Assembly: GCA_048128005.1 (NCBI GenBank)
Contig: JBEUKZ010000071.1
Location: forward strand, 496,001-560,000
Source of the DNA: Veleropilina oligotropha
Lineage: Eukaryota
DNA length: 64,000 nt
Direction: 5' to 3'
Part shown: positions 44,883 to 58,846 of the stretch, piece after piece
How the letters are laid out: each line of letters opens with the position of its first letter
Numbering within the stretch: the stretch's first letter is position 1
Position numbers and translations under genes: made by a program
Notes under the pieces: generated by a model
Told to the model about the DNA's origin: nothing
What the model saw: only the letters and a program-made list of their open reading frames with translations
The model's database searches: none

Positions 44883-46406
44883 TACTGAGTCAAAAAAGAA
44901 ACTTCACAAAATGTAATTTGAAAAAGTAATGAATAATTTTTCTCTGATGATACATCTATGTATCCGAAATGGGATCCCTATCTTTCGACGCTAGAAAAAC
45001 GTTAGCAAACCCCCCTCAAACTCATCCATTCCTCGTGCAAATGACGTTAGTGCCAAATCAGGTTTTGCACGTGCAGTCGGTCACGTAATCTTCACATCGA
45101 TGTTGGTTTCATTTGCACTTGTTTGCATTGGCCTCAGGAATTGAAAAAAACACTTTTAAACCACGGTTCTAACGGTACTTTAAATGCCACGATTGTCAAA
45201 TGTGCAACGTGAACGTGCCGTTGGCATGTTACACGCGGGAAGATCAGTTATTGACGTCGCAAGAGCAATGGGATGCAGCCGTCGTACTGTGTATGACTTG
45301 CGAATTCGTCTACAAGAAACTGGCACCACTTCTGATCGCCCAAGGTCGGGTCGTCCACGTGTAACGTCACGAGCAGAAGACCGTTACATCATCCTACGTC
45401 ACCTACGTGACAGATTTCTGCCGGCTGCACGAACCAGGGCTGAGATGTTTAGAGGTCGACTGTCCTCACAGACCATTCGAAATCGGTTGCGGGCTGCCAA
45501 TCTCCATCCTCGACGTCCATATCGTGGGCCAATATTTACGCCATTTCATCGACGTCAACGTCTGCTGTGGGCCCAACATCACCTCCGATGGACCCAAAGA
45601 GACTCGTCTTTAGCGATGAATCAAGGTTTACCCTCAGATTCGCGGACGGCAGGCATAGAGTCTGGAGACGACGTCGTGAACGGTATGCCCAGTGTTGTGT
45701 GCAGGAAGTGGACATATTCGGGGGCGGGAGTTGCATGGTGTGGGGTGCTTTCTGTGGGAACAACCGTTCTCGACTTCTGGTGATTCGTGGAAACATCACA
45801 GCTGCTGCTTATCGCGACCAGGTGCTCACCCCTGAACTCGTTCCTTTCATGGCGGCTCATGGCCCAGGTCTACATTTCCAGCATGATAATGCGCTGCCGC
45901 ATACCGCGATGTTGACACGAAATTTCCTTCAAAACGCTGGAATCAACGTCATGGACTGGCCATCAAGGTCCCCTGACCTTAATCCAATCGAGCACGTTTG
46001 GGATGCACTTGGGAGAAGGCTTCGTGGTCTTAGACACCAACCACAGAATTTGCAGGAACTTGGCGCTGCCTTGCAAGAGCAATGGCGCAGAATCCCCAAC
46101 CACGTGTTCACAAACATCAGGCGGTCGATGAGGAGACTGTGTTTGGCAGTGGTGAATGCGCGAGACGGCCATACACGATATTGAACTGAGAAATTTCGAA
46201 TTTCTATTCTTGTGACTTGACATTCTGTATACACATGTTTTGGAACGGCGGTGTAGCCTAATGGAACTGATTGTGGCACTGTCAGTGTATCGAGTACATC
46301 ACACACATCTCAGCAATGAAATAATAACAATTTAACCATTTTACCATCTCTTGTTCTTTTTTAGTGCCCAGAAGAAAGAATGTGAAGTTTCTTTTTTGAC
46401 TCTGTA
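44883..46406 (+). mobile_element. Tc1-family transposon; transposase 45184-46184 frameshifted near 45600
   Basis: 26-bp TIRs TACTGAGTCAAAAAAGAAACTTCACA / TGTGAAGTTTCTTTTTTGACTCTGTA, TA flanks, paired-like HTH with GRPR, and DDE motifs FSDESRF, FQHDNA, SPDLNPIEHVW. Confidence 0.93.
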
Positions 46407-47120
46407 TATAATGGTAGTATTAATTTATTGCATAGCATCATATCTAATAATAAATTTTGGACCCCAACTACCGCGGGTCTGTTATATCAAGGCTGTACAG
46501 CTTCCCTATGTGACCTGTCTATTTATTGATTATTTTAAATTTGTATCTAAATTTTAATACATAAACAATATATTTAATTAAAACATTGTAATTGTAAACA
46601 TATTTAAGATACAATGACATTAAAAACAATAATTAGTCAAAAGATATAATGTGTACTTGACTTAATATATAGGCCTACAAAATTTACAATATTTTCATTT
46701 CTATCTGACTTGTCATTGTCTGTCAAAAGAAAAGTCACTTAATTTTCCTGGTCAATTTCACCTCGTTAACCATTCTCTAGTCGGGCACGTTATATTCAAG
46801 CCAGTGCGTAATGATGCACAATGACCTTCATTTTTACCTTTGATCTGCATTGCTCTGGCATCAACAGCTGCTTGGTATTCGTAATTACATTCAACTTCGG
46901 GCATCAACTGCAACTTGACAAATAAGTATTTTTGTGTTGTAAAATCAATACTTTCACTTTCCAACTTTTCAGTGCTTCAGCACTTTGATTTTAGAGATGT
47001 ACTGTATGTTGACAGGCCAATGACCACCGTTTCAATATATATTATAACTTGAGTGAAATCAAATGTGCATTCATGCATGCATATTATTATTGCTGCTTAG
47101 TTGTCAGTAATGAAGTAAGT

Positions 47121-48604
47121 TTTTATCCCCCAGATGATAACCGGGGGATCTTGCGATCGCCCAGTCTGTCTGTATGTATGTAATCGTTTCTGGAGCATAT
47201 CTCGTACACCGTTCGACATAACTTGCTGGGTGTATTACGTAGCAGGTGAACTGGTGGTGCCTTTTGCCAGTCTCGACGTTGTGCGATGATTATTAACAGA
47301 GTTATTGCCCTTGCTGTAAATTCGTTATTGTTATTTTTTCTGGAGCGTATCTCATACACCGCTCCACAATACTTTATGAAACTTGCTGGGTGTATTAGGC
47401 TAGATCGTCCAGTCTGTCCATCCGTCTGGATGTAATCGATATCGTTTCTGGAGCATATCTCTCGTACACCGTTCGACATAACTTTATGAAACTTACTGGG
47501 TGTATTACATAGTAGGTGAACTGGTGCCTTTTGCCAGTCTCGACGTTGTGCGACGATTGGTAACAGAGTTATTGCCCTTGCTGTAAATTCGTGAATGTTA
47601 TCGTTTCCGGAGCATATCTTGTACACCTTTGGACATAACTTTACGAAACTTGCTGGGTGTATTACATAGTAGGTGAACTGGTGCCTTATGCCAGTCTCGA
47701 CGTTGTGTGATGATTATTAACAGAGTTATTGCCCTTGCAGTAAATTCGTGAATGTTATAATTTCCGGAGCGTATCTCGTACCCCGTTTGACATAACCTTA
47801 TTAAACTTGCTGGGTGTATTACGTAGTAGGTTAACTGGTGCCTTTTGCCAGTTGTGACGTTGTGCGACGATTGTTAACAGAGTTATTGCCATTGCTGTAA
47901 ATTTGCTAATGTTATTTTTTTCTGGAGCATATCTCATACACAGCTCGACAATACTTTATGAAACTTGCTGGGTGTATTAGGCAGATCACCCAGTCCATCC
48001 GTCTGTCCATGTGTCTGTATGTAATCGATATCATTTCTGGAGCATATCTCGTACACCGTTCGGCATAACTTTACAAAACTTACTGGGTCACGGGTGTATT
48101 ACGTAGTAGGTGAACTGGTGCCTTTTGCTAGTCTCGACGTTGTGCGACGATTATTAACAGAGTTATTGCCCTTGCTATAAATTTGTGAATGTTATCTTTT
48201 CTGGATCGTATCTCGTACACCGCTCAACATAACTTTACGAAACATGCTGGGTGTATTACATGTAGGTGAACTGATGCCTTTTGCCAGTCTAGACGTTGTG
48301 CGGCAATTATTAACAGAGTTATTGCCCTTGCTGTAATTTCGTTAATGTTATATTTTCCGGAGCGCATCTCGTACACCGCTAGACTGAACTTTATGAAATT
48401 TGCTGAGTGTATTAGGCTAGATCGCCCAGTCTGTCCGTCCGTCTGTCTGTCTCTATGTAATCGATATCGTTTCTGGAGCATATCCCGTACACCATTCGTC
48501 ATAACTATGCTGTTTATTCCTGTCCGATTATCCGCATGGGGCATCCCGCTCGGGAAATTCGTTAATGTAGCCCCGGGGGATACGTCGTCTGATGGCTCTT
48601 GTTA
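47121..48604. mobile_element. HINE/Helentron-like non-autonomous element with ~120-bp tandem units
   Basis: TTTT start, ATCCCCC...GGGGGAT hairpin, (CTGT/CCGT) microsatellites, repeated units, 3' GGGGGGATAC...CTTGTT. Confidence 0.6.
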
Positions 48605-50302
48605 TATTCTGAAATTTTCTTCAGACGCGTACGTCAGGGCTTATGACATGGCCACAACACGGTTACTTTGTGTATAATTGATCACAAACATCGATTGATA
48701 ATAAATGCTATAATGTGACAATATGCAGATTTACCTACAAATAAGTATTCGATATAAACAACATTCACAATGTTTTAATCAAGGCTCTTCTAATGAATTG
48801 ATGCATTTGCATCCCTTCAGTGCTTCAGAATTTTGATTTAATACTTGTAGTGAAATGTGTCAAGGAACTACGACTATAATAGTGTTGGATAGTTCAGAGA
48901 ACCAATTCCTAATATTGGCAGTCCAGTGTATGACAGTTCTGTATTCTCTGAATTATTTAACGATATAGAGTACACAACGGCTTGTGAGCACAAATGCGAG
49001 AGAAGAATACCTGCCGTATGATGGATATAACTTGCAAGGTACATACAATAATTCATTTTCCGTATTTCAAAAACAAGTATCATCCATGCGTCTCACAATT
49101 ACCTGGTGCTATCCCTAGACAGAGTTTTGGAAAGACCGGCATATACTTTCTCAATTTTTAGCCTCATGGGCTTACAATCTTTCACCCATAATATAAGAAA
49201 TTATGATACAGTTACTAATCACAGAACATGAAATTTGCTCACTTTTTGCTACTTCCCAAGTTTGCATGTGATTGTACCGTCTGCAAAAATGGATAGTTTG
49301 CGAGCTGTATGCTACATATGCGTGAATAATGTAAAAAGTTGGAGTCTGTAAATATGGTCCCTGGCTCCCAGGAGTGCTTTCCTGTCAAAGACCTTTTGGA
49401 TTAACATGATAGTTGTTCATAAAAGTCCAGGTCGGGTTAATCCAGGCTTTCCTTCAATCATAATATGGTTCGTTGGTTTGGAAGTTGAACGACCACATTT
49501 TAACAATATTTTGGTTATGTCGCAGTCGGGCCACCCGATTTTACATCGTCGCCCCCACGATAACATGGACCTGTACATGTCTTAACATGATCTTAAACCA
49601 TTTTTATGACGTCATTCTATTGTCTTGGCCCGTGGTCTAACTGACCATATCAATTTAACCACGGGGGGACTACTTTCGTACACTAAAATGGATTTATTCG
49701 GTTGTTAAAATCATTTATTGTAAATTATTGTGTACTTTACAATGGTTTAACTCGGTTACATCACTCGGTTTGTATTATCTAATCGGAAAAGCCCGTGCAG
49801 TTGAATAACTCTGCACCTCGTGGTTTAACTGCATGCTTTTCTGATTAGACAACCAAACCTCGCGGTATAACCGATACAGAGCCGTCAAAACGAGACAAAA
49901 GCACAAAAAAGACAACCAAAGCTCGCGGTATAACCGATACAAAGCCGTCAAAACGAGACGAAAGCAGAAAAAGACAACCAAACCTCGCGGTATAACCGAT
50001 ACAGAGCCGTCAAAACGAGAAAATAAAAGCAGAAAAAGTATCAACAATGATATAAATATCTTACAGTTACAATATTATGAAGATTGCATTGTACTAGCAT
50101 TGCGCAAATATAATGAGGAGCTATCAGATTCCAGCCTGTATTCTACAGCACATTTGTTATGAAGTTCCGGGGATTTTTCCAATGATCGCTGCCTCCATTG
50201 CACACAGCACCAACTCATCTCATCATTCAAAGTTGACTGACCCGATTTATAACCGAAATACTGTTGGCGTGGTCTTAAAACATCAATTCATCCATCCATA
50301 CA

Positions 50303-50742
50303 TTTGTTATGCCCCCACAAACGAAGTTTAGGGATGGACATATACGAGTCAGCTTGTCTGTCGGTCGACCTGTTGCAAATTCCCTTCCTCCATATCTCCG
50401 ATACTATTTTGCCTAGGGACACGAAACTTGATGTGTCCATACCAAAAGTAGGTCACCACGACCTACTTTTCATGCTTGACTGCACTTGATCCAAAATTCC
50501 CTTCCGCTCCATATCTCACATACTATTTGACTGAGGAACATTAAAAGTGTCGCGTACAGAAAGTAGGTCACTGCGACCTACTTTTCACACTTGACCGCAT
50601 TCAGTCAAAAATTCCATTCCGCTCCATATCTCCCATACTATTTGACTGAGGGACATGAAACTTCATGTGCGTATGCAACAGCCTGTTCCTGGGTCAAACG
50701 CTTTCGTGGGGGCATATGATCATACCTGTGATAGCTAGAGTT
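50303..50742. mobile_element. Short copy of the HINE-like family at 32278-34806
   Basis: Shares both ends and the internal unit with 32278-34806. Confidence 0.6.
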
Positions 50743-51003
50743 ATAGTTAAAATAACAGTTCGGTCTACTCGCCCTCAACAACAGGTTATGAACAATTGTA
50801 ACTGTACACGGCACCACTTCTGTGCAAATTGAGCCACATTAATGTGCTGCATTCCCTGACCTAAATTAATAAATACGTTGATAAAAACTTATCAACTGCT
50901 TTAATTAAGTATGAAGCTTTATTTTTGTAGAAAAGTAATGAGGTGATAGACCTTATACAAACAAATCCTGTGAAACCATCATTATTGAATGTCGTCGTGA
51001 GTA

Positions 51004-51182
51004 TCAGAGAATAACGATATCATCTGAGTCTTCCGCGATGTCCGTAGGTAGCATTTTCGGCTTCTTGATTGTCACGGAGTCGCTTGATGAATCGTCAGCT
51101 TTTCTCTTTCGTTTCTCAGAAACAGAAGAAACTTGGTCATAGTTTTCGTCAAATTCCACAACCATTAAATCGTCGTCGGAAT
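51004..51182 (-). CDS. UBA2: UBA2 last coding exon (acidic tail, KRKRK NLS-like motif, DDIVIL* SIM-like end)
   Basis: Phase-consistent AG acceptor; resembles the SAE2 C-terminus. Confidence 0.8.
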
Positions 51183-51858
51183 CTTCAAGAGATAAGAAAT
51201 GATTGCGAATACGGCAACTGTTGAGAATTGTAACACAAAAGCACTCTTAATAATTTTTTGTTTTTATATGTTGAATATAAAACATCTTGGTACAAAAACC
51301 AAGTGTGAGCAATTTAATTTTATTTTTATATTGAACAAAATTACTTAAAAATTTTAAAACAAAATAATTGAATGTAAATACTACACCATATGATATCTTT
51401 CATGAAGCGTGTTCCGACTACAGCGACTGATATAATGTTAAAATGTGATCGTAAAACTAAATTGATTCAAACCAATCAATCATGACTGGACATATTCAAA
51501 AGACACAATGACCTGATATGTAAATGTCTGACCGCTCCGGTTGTAGATTCCGAAAATCACTGGCTTGACTCCAATGACACGAACACTAGTGGGTTAGAAT
51601 CTTGGTTGGGACATGGCATTATTTGTTCAGTTATGAATCACAGTTGTCCACAACTGGTAGAAGAGGACAGGTTTCCTCGGGCGACTGATCTTTCCTTCCA
51701 CGGTAATAAGGACATGTCCTGCTTTGAACCAGATGGTTGTAAATAGACATGACATTACGCAGCGATCCTTTCCCTTTTGAAAATGTCTGATAACGAGGCT
51801 CTACAAAATGGGGACCTATGCGATAAAGATCGTTGTGATCACATCGCTGGATGCATAC

Positions 51859-51989
51859 CTTCTGCTTCTAACTGCGTTCCGTTTGTTGTCTGAGTATTGA
51901 CAGAATTAGGATTGGAAGGCCCTGGCAAAGGCTGAAGGTCATCCATGTCTCCCTGAAGGTCAAATTCTTTTTCCTCTTCTAATTTTTCT
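51859..51989 (-). CDS. UBA2: UBA2 exon (EKLEEEKEFDLQGD...)
   Basis: AG/GT-bounded 131 bp, phase-consistent with flanking exons. Confidence 0.8.
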
Positions 51990-52689
51990 CTAAAACAAAT
52001 ATTTAAGACATTATGTGGAGAACACTCAAGAGTACGATGGGACATAATTTTAACATGGATGAATGTCTCTCATTAAACATACGGCCAAGTTTGTAATCTC
52101 AGTAAACTATAATATATTATCCTTTGTGCATGTATGTATAGGTTACTAACCGAGTTGGAGGTATTCATCGATTTGAAAGACCTGCGCCCGTGCGGATCGT
52201 GACACCGAGACCGCGGAGCGGTCGAGGTGTTACCGCACGGAAGCAGGTCTTTCAAATCGATGAATACCGACTAACGAGGTTTGTAACCGACTTACACAAC
52301 GGCCAATTAGCTCCTTTGTTGTCAATTTCTCTTGTGATCAGCTTGAGGCGTCTTGCACGGACGCAGGTCGGTATAGACTGAAAAGTAGGGCGGTATGGCT
52401 ATACCACCCTACTTTTGAATCGTCATTGGAAACAAGGTGTTCACGCTGAATACCAACCTCTTTAAAACAAAAGAGCCGTTGTGTAAGTTTGTTTATTTGT
52501 CTGTTCTGCTCAAAATCAGTTGATTAAATTGTGGTGGTCAAGGTCGCAATCACAGAGATTGAAGGTCAAGATCACAACCTCCGATAAGAGTTTCTCACAC
52601 CCGATATAGATATGATTCAATTTTTACCTGAACTGGAAAACTTTGTATTCCTACGCACGTCAGAATATTATCTTGGGCGGGATGGTTCA

Positions 52690-52952
52690 AAATCCCACAC
52701 TCGGCTAACGCCTCGGTTGGGATTTGTTGAACCATCCCACACTCGGCTAATGCCTCGGTTGGGATTTGTTGAACCATCCCACACTCGGCTAATGCCTCGG
52801 TTGGGATTTGTTAAACCATCCCACACTCGGCTAATGCCTCGGTTGGGATTTGTTGACCCATCCCACACTCGGCTAATGCCTCGGTTGGGATTTGTTGAAC
52901 CATCCCACACTCGGCTAATGCCTCGGTTGGGATTTGTTGAACCATCCCACCC
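52690..52952. repeat. 42-bp minisatellite, ~6 copies
   Basis: Unit CCATCCCACACTCGGCTAATGCCTCGGTTGGGATTTGTTGAA. Confidence 0.9.
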
Positions 52953-53192
52953 TCGACTGATATTTCGATATCTGGAATTCAACGTCGTGCTTGATTCTAT
53001 TACCGGCACAAGCATACAGCAACACTAGAATAGGCGTAATGTAAATATATGAAATAATAATAACAGGAAGTCATGGATAAACTATCATTAGCCATGATTG
53101 AAAGACCAATTGGTTTTGATATTGATCTGGATTAGTGAAAGATACAGGATTTAATTGGAAACTTTCCATTTCACCATATTTAATCTACTTAC

Positions 53193-53298
53193 ACATGGCT
53201 GATGTTGATAACGAGGCTATAGTTCTGCAAGAAGTCGTCACATTTTAATCTGCTGCCATTTATGATGTGAAAGTCGCTCAAAAACTTTTCTGAATTTT
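53193..53298 (-). CDS. UBA2: UBA2 exon (NSEKFLSDFHIINGSRLKCDDFLQNYSLVINISH)
   Basis: AG/GT-bounded 106 bp; matches the SAE2 ubiquitin-fold domain NGSRLQADDFLQDY. Confidence 0.92.
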
Positions 53299-53773
53299 CT
53301 AAAAAAATATTTCTTAAAATAAGCAGTCTTATGAAAGAACAATAATGTGTGCACACGCACGCACACGCCCATACACACACGCACACAATAATAATCATAA
53401 TACAAGAGTGAGGAAATGCGCAATTTTACTTTTATATGATATAGGAACGGCTGTCGTAAAATTGTGACGGTGGCGATTAAAGGATTAATAGCTACCTCGT
53501 AGTTAACTAATATAACTATTTTTAGAAATGTTGTTAATATTTTAGTTGAAAGAAATTCTACACCAGACTATGTTTGTCTGTTGGTCACAGATTTTGGACA
53601 AGTTTGCTTTGGAATTTAGGGCTGTTTCAGAATTGATCACATTTTTGACAACATAACTCTGGTAAATTTGCTTGATCACGTTTGTTCTGTCTGCAATCTG
53701 AATTACTTGATAAATATGTACCTACAGTAAGGTCGATATATATATCAGATACAAATCACATTGGCATTCCTAC

Positions 53774-53812
53774 CTTCAGTCTCTCCTTCCTCGCTGGATA
53801 TTAGGATCGTTC
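53774..53812 (-). CDS. UBA2: UBA2 micro-exon (TILISSEEGETE)
   Basis: AG/GT-bounded 39 bp; matches the conserved SAE2 segment. Confidence 0.9.
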
Positions 53813-54757
53813 CTGAAAAAGATATCATTTTCAACTCGATAAATTATTTTAAAATTCTTGCAATGCTAAAAATAATTGCAACTAGATATACAAACATAAA
53901 AAAACATTGGATTACAAAATATATATACGAAATAATGCTAATGTAAACATTATTTTCAACAAATCTTAAAACTGTAAATATGTGAAAATAATTATTGTCA
54001 TCAATGTGACATTAAGTAGCACAAAGAAGCACCATATTCCATGGCAAAAAGCGGCATGATGAAGTAAACTGGGGCCCGTTGCTTTAATTTACCATTCACA
54101 ACTGTTTTCCGATTTACCAACACCACGTCATGTTATCATATAATGATTAGATAGTGATTGGTAGTGAAGATCTTTGTGCTACGTTTACAATCAACAATGG
54201 CGTCCAATTCACATCGAGGGCATTGCTAGTTGACTATGCACATCATTGACAAAGGAATAAACGATGTGCAAATCTGATATCCCAAAATACAACGCATGCC
54301 AATTCTTCATGATTTTGTATGTTCTCTTCTTATGTTCGGTCATTTAATAAATATTCGCCTAACACCAACACATTTTTTTTCTTTATGACAATTTCATCAA
54401 TCGCTTTTGGCGTTACGCTGTTAATTTGTCAGCCGCTATGTAACAACCGTTAACAGTTGCAAACAGTTTAATGAAACGTGCCCCTGGTTAGCTGACAATA
54501 TTTCTAATTAAAACTTTGTCATCTATAAAATGTTGGCATAATTCTGACGAGATACCATTCGCCGCAGTCTGTACATGTAGGCCCATGTTGTAGGGGAATG
54601 TATTACAGGAACAAACCATCCTTAAAGTTAAATAGACAATGATAAGCTACAATCTGGCTATCATTGTCCACCAATGGTTAGTTTTGGTTAATAGTATCTG
54701 GACAGACATACTGTTTATAGATATAAACGTAAAATGTAAACATTAAAACAAAGCTAC

Positions 54758-54815
54758 CTCTCCCATCATCGATCTCCACGTCCGGGGCGACCATACCGAA
54801 CTGACCTTTGAGAAT
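54758..54815 (-). CDS. UBA2: UBA2 exon (ILKGQFGMVAPDVEIDDGR)
   Basis: AG/GT-bounded 58 bp; MVAPDV motif. Confidence 0.9.
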
Positions 54816-55668
54816 CTAAAATAGACATACAGCATGAAAAACAAGCATTTCTGGTTTATTTAACTGCATTCCAATATTGCGGAACATGGTTGGTTTACAA
54901 TGGGAGCAAACCCCTGAATATCATATAGAAGCCAGGTGCATCTACTGCCAATCGAGCCTTTGGTTTCGTTGGACCAAAGTTGTGGAACCAACTTCCCCTG
55001 ACAATAAGATCGATCACGAGCCTGTCTCTGTTCAAATCAACTTTGAAAAGTCATCTCTTCAAAGAATATTTTCATGTTTGAACCATTGAGTAAAGCGAAC
55101 AATACCGAACTGTAATTCAATTAATGTTAATCAGACAATCAATATCTTTATTGTAAAGCGATTCAGAGCATCGTATGGTGGATTTTACGCTATAGAAAAT
55201 AAATGTATTATTATTATCTATCCTTGTGATTGAAATTCAGGACACACAATCTGAGATTCATTCTTGTGAAGACTTTCTGCTGTTGGTGAAACAACCGTGT
55301 TACCATAGCGTCTCACTGTTATTGTATGGACGGCTGATGACTACCAGTGTGTGACCATACTTGTCTGCAATGAGACATTTTGGCATGAACGTCAATAAAC
55401 ATTAGCAAATTTGTTTGATTATGATCATTACAGATCATTATTAAAACCGACAAAAAACGAATTAAGTTCAGTCAGGGCTATTCCAATAAAATATCTACCC
55501 CCCCCCCCCCCCCGACTCCAGGTCTTTCAAAAGGGGACCACCAACAGTAGTTATTTATTTACACAGATAAATAATAGAATAATTTTCTATATTTTGTGAC
55601 CACCCATAGAAGGGATACATACCTGGAGTCAGTGGGTGGGTGAGATATTTTACTGGAATAGCCCTTAC

Positions 55669-55824
55669 TTTTTCCTCCAGTGTTTTCACTTTCACTTTCG
55701 TGGTGTTTAGTAAGACGGTGACTTCAGGTTTACTTGAACACACATAGCACTTTGGGTTGGGCTTATCCATCACACACGGCACCAACAGCTTTTTGCGAGG
55801 ATTTGGCTGCCGATTTAGATAAAC
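55669..55824 (-). CDS. UBA2: UBA2 exon (VYLNRQPNPRKKLLVPC...PNPKCYVCSSKPEV...LEEK)
   Basis: AG/GT-bounded 156 bp; Zn-binding CYVC motif. Confidence 0.95.
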
Positions 55825-56141
55825 CTGAAATTGATGAATATCTCAAGGTGAGGCCACTAAAAGGACAATATTATTGTGAAAGTGACACAAATTCTGTTAA
55901 CATGAAATACTCATGAATAAAGGAGAATTGAACAGAGTTAAAACTGCTGACGTTAGTTTCATATTTATTATAACGTCCAGAATAATATCTTGAATCAAAC
56001 TAGAATTTAACATATGGAAACTAACGATGTTTTAAAATTAATTTTTATCGACGACAGATTATGCAGCTTGTAAAGCCTTCTGTTCCATATTTTAAGTTGC
56101 AAAACCAGAACGAGATAGCAAAGACAAAGTGTATGACTCAC

Positions 56142-56254
56142 TGCTTTGCAGTCGTGGATGTTTCCTGAGAGTATTTTGAGAGCCTCCATCACAATAAGGC
56201 CTGCGATTATTGCATTGGTTGTCGCGATTGCTGGAACAATATTGCCCGCCATGG
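56142..56254 (-). CDS. UBA2: UBA2 exon ([28 protein letters not shown]...)
   Basis: E1-enzyme motif [13 protein letters not shown]-bounded 113 bp. Confidence 0.95.
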
Positions 56255-56343
56255 CTGAAAGCAATCAACACTTGTTTTAGTAGTGAATTAAGTATCAAAA
56301 CAAATCAGTTTCATGATTGAAATATTCTTTCAATTACACCTAT

Positions 56344-58269
56344 TAGGGGTGCGCGATATAACCGGTATACCGCGATGTAGCTATCCACAATACGCATATC
56401 GCGATACGCTGCTGGCATACCGTTTTTTTGATATTTTTTACGCAGACAACTACGTGCGTAGAGCGTTCAAATACAACAAATATTGTTCATACTTGCTAAT
56501 AATACCATTCGCATAATTGTCGGTGCATCCGATAACATGCGGGACACCAAAGATCTCATTTTATATGCCTACCAGCTGTGCGACCAAATTTGTTGCGTCT
56601 GCGACTTCATTTTGTGGTTTATGAAATTTCAAGTCGCATGGTGTGTGTCTAGACCGTTTAAGTCAAAATTGCAATTTTCCATATTTAGTAAGTTACGCAA
56701 TTGTCTACAACATAAATAATACCACCGAATAAAGTTATTTGGTCCAATAGGGTTTATTTTGATTGGAAAATCTCCTGAATGTCTTCGTTGCACTTCGTTA
56801 AAACTCGCGTATTGGAAGATTGATGACACCGGAAAAGACCGATCGATGTCTTACTCATTCGGTAAGCATTCGAATGCGCTCACGTGATACCTTCAAATCG
56901 CTGTAGCTGTTGCCTGGGGGATTTTTTACCGCAAATTGCGTTATATTTTCACACTTTATAAATAAATTTGTATCGTCTTTGCATACAAACCCTGCTAACA
57001 TGTGCCAATAGTAGGGCCAATATAATAGTACTAATTGGAAAATCCATTTAGCTGTGTATTGCCATATGTGGACTACGTTCATACTGAGCAGTTGGCAATA
57101 TGTTGCAATACGTATAAATTGCAATATGATCGTTTGTATTGCAATACTGTAAATCATGAAAATTTTGCGATCATAATATTTTGGCGAACTTAATTAGCGA
57201 GGAAGCAAAATTTGCTAACATTTTATGTCGCTAATATGTCTTCTATTATATCCATGTTATATAATAAACTAGCTATCGTGCATTGTTCAGGGGTAATGTG
57301 TTTTTAATACTTGCCATTTATGTACGAATAAACCATATTTTCACCACTTGTTTGTTCAATTTTATTCTGTGAAAGGTTCACTGAAATCCCGTAAAACGTA
57401 GGCCCGCCATTTTGTTTCTTTGTTTTAGTCTCGCCAAAAGTGAAATTCAGTAACAGAAACATATTCATTATTTATCATTTTATTCAATGATTTTATTCGA
57501 TTAGAACACCCTAGTAAAGGCTAATTCTGAATATTGTATGCATATATGAAATTAACTTTAATATTGGGAATCATACAGCATAGAACGGCGGAAACAAACG
57601 AGCGTATCAACTTCTTTGCTTTAGTTCCTGTTCTACAGATAACGTTTATTCAACAGTATTGCATGGAACCTTGTTTTCGCGCAAGTTCCACTAGTAGTTC
57701 ACTGTATAAATGACCTCCCTTGATAAGAACAAGAGTGTCCATTTTAATGTCAATTGACGATGTCCTTTATCGCTACTGGCAAGTAACAGTCTTTTATGCA
57801 TAGATAGCAACACGTTAGCAATTTAATAAGTAACAATTATTGAATAAACTTAACAAATGCACTTGTAATCATATTAATTATATTAATTGAAGTACCAATT
57901 CACATTTTACACCCACGTGACGACACCATCGTCATTATATTAATCTGATTGCGATTTGTACAATGAACTTGCAGCCTACTTAGGTACTAGTCATCCTGCT
58001 AATAGTCATCCTTTACAAGATGCGGTTGCAATAAAAATGGGTAACAATCAGATAATTAACAGCCATACGGAGCATTAGGAAAAGTTAATTGAATAGAATT
58101 GTCATTGTTGTCAAACTCGCTAATAATGCATTTTCCGAAATTCTATTTTCGCTACAATTACATGTCGTTAATTGGTCCCTTGTGACGAATTCGCTAAATT
58201 TTAATGACGCGAAAATATTATGATTTACAGTATATCGCGATACGAAAATTTTCGCGATACCCAACTCTA
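56344..58269. mobile_element. hAT-type non-autonomous element containing a nested TA-flanked MITE (57147-58230)
   Basis: 8-bp TSD ACACCTAT at 56336-56343 and 58270-58277; TAGGGGTG...AACTCTA ends; inner TIR CTGTAAATCAT / ATGATTTACAG. Confidence 0.7.
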
Positions 58270-58538
58270 ACACCTATCAATTATTTGCAGAACAGAGAAG
58301 GCTTAGAAGATAATATCCTAAACAGTATGTGCACACAATCTATTTCAATTTTCAGTACAATGATTGTATAAATTAAACATGCTATTAGCTAATAATACCA
58401 TAATTTTGGTACAGTTATGTAATTGTGTTTTCTTGTCCTAATGCACGGGATTGATTTGCTGCTGCTTACCGTAAAATGAATTTCAATCAAGTCCATCTTT
58501 AAATTTAACGAAAAAAATATGAGAAAATAAATACTTAC

Positions 58539-58632
58539 ATTTAATGTCAAACTTAGATTTAACCGGAATGCCAAAGATAAAGGCTCTAATATTTGCTGCA
58601 CACGTAACGAAGTCCATTGCCACTTCATCATC
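58539..58632 (-). CDS. UBA2: UBA2 exon (DDEVAMDFVTCAANIRAFIFGIPVKSKFDIK)
   Basis: AG/GT-bounded 94 bp; matches SAE2 DDxxAMDFVTSAANLR. Confidence 0.93.
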
Positions 58633-58846
58633 CTGCGAGAGCAAATGGTCATAATTAATCAAACATACAAAATGTTGATGAAATATTTATAATAGAATCT
58701 TACCATCATAAATCACATAATAACCATCATGTCTCTAACAATAATTGCCATCTATTATATACACAATACTGATTTCTATGATGATATATGCAAAACTAGG
58801 GGCTTTTCTCATCAACTGTGAGGCTGCACCTGTGGTGTAATAATAG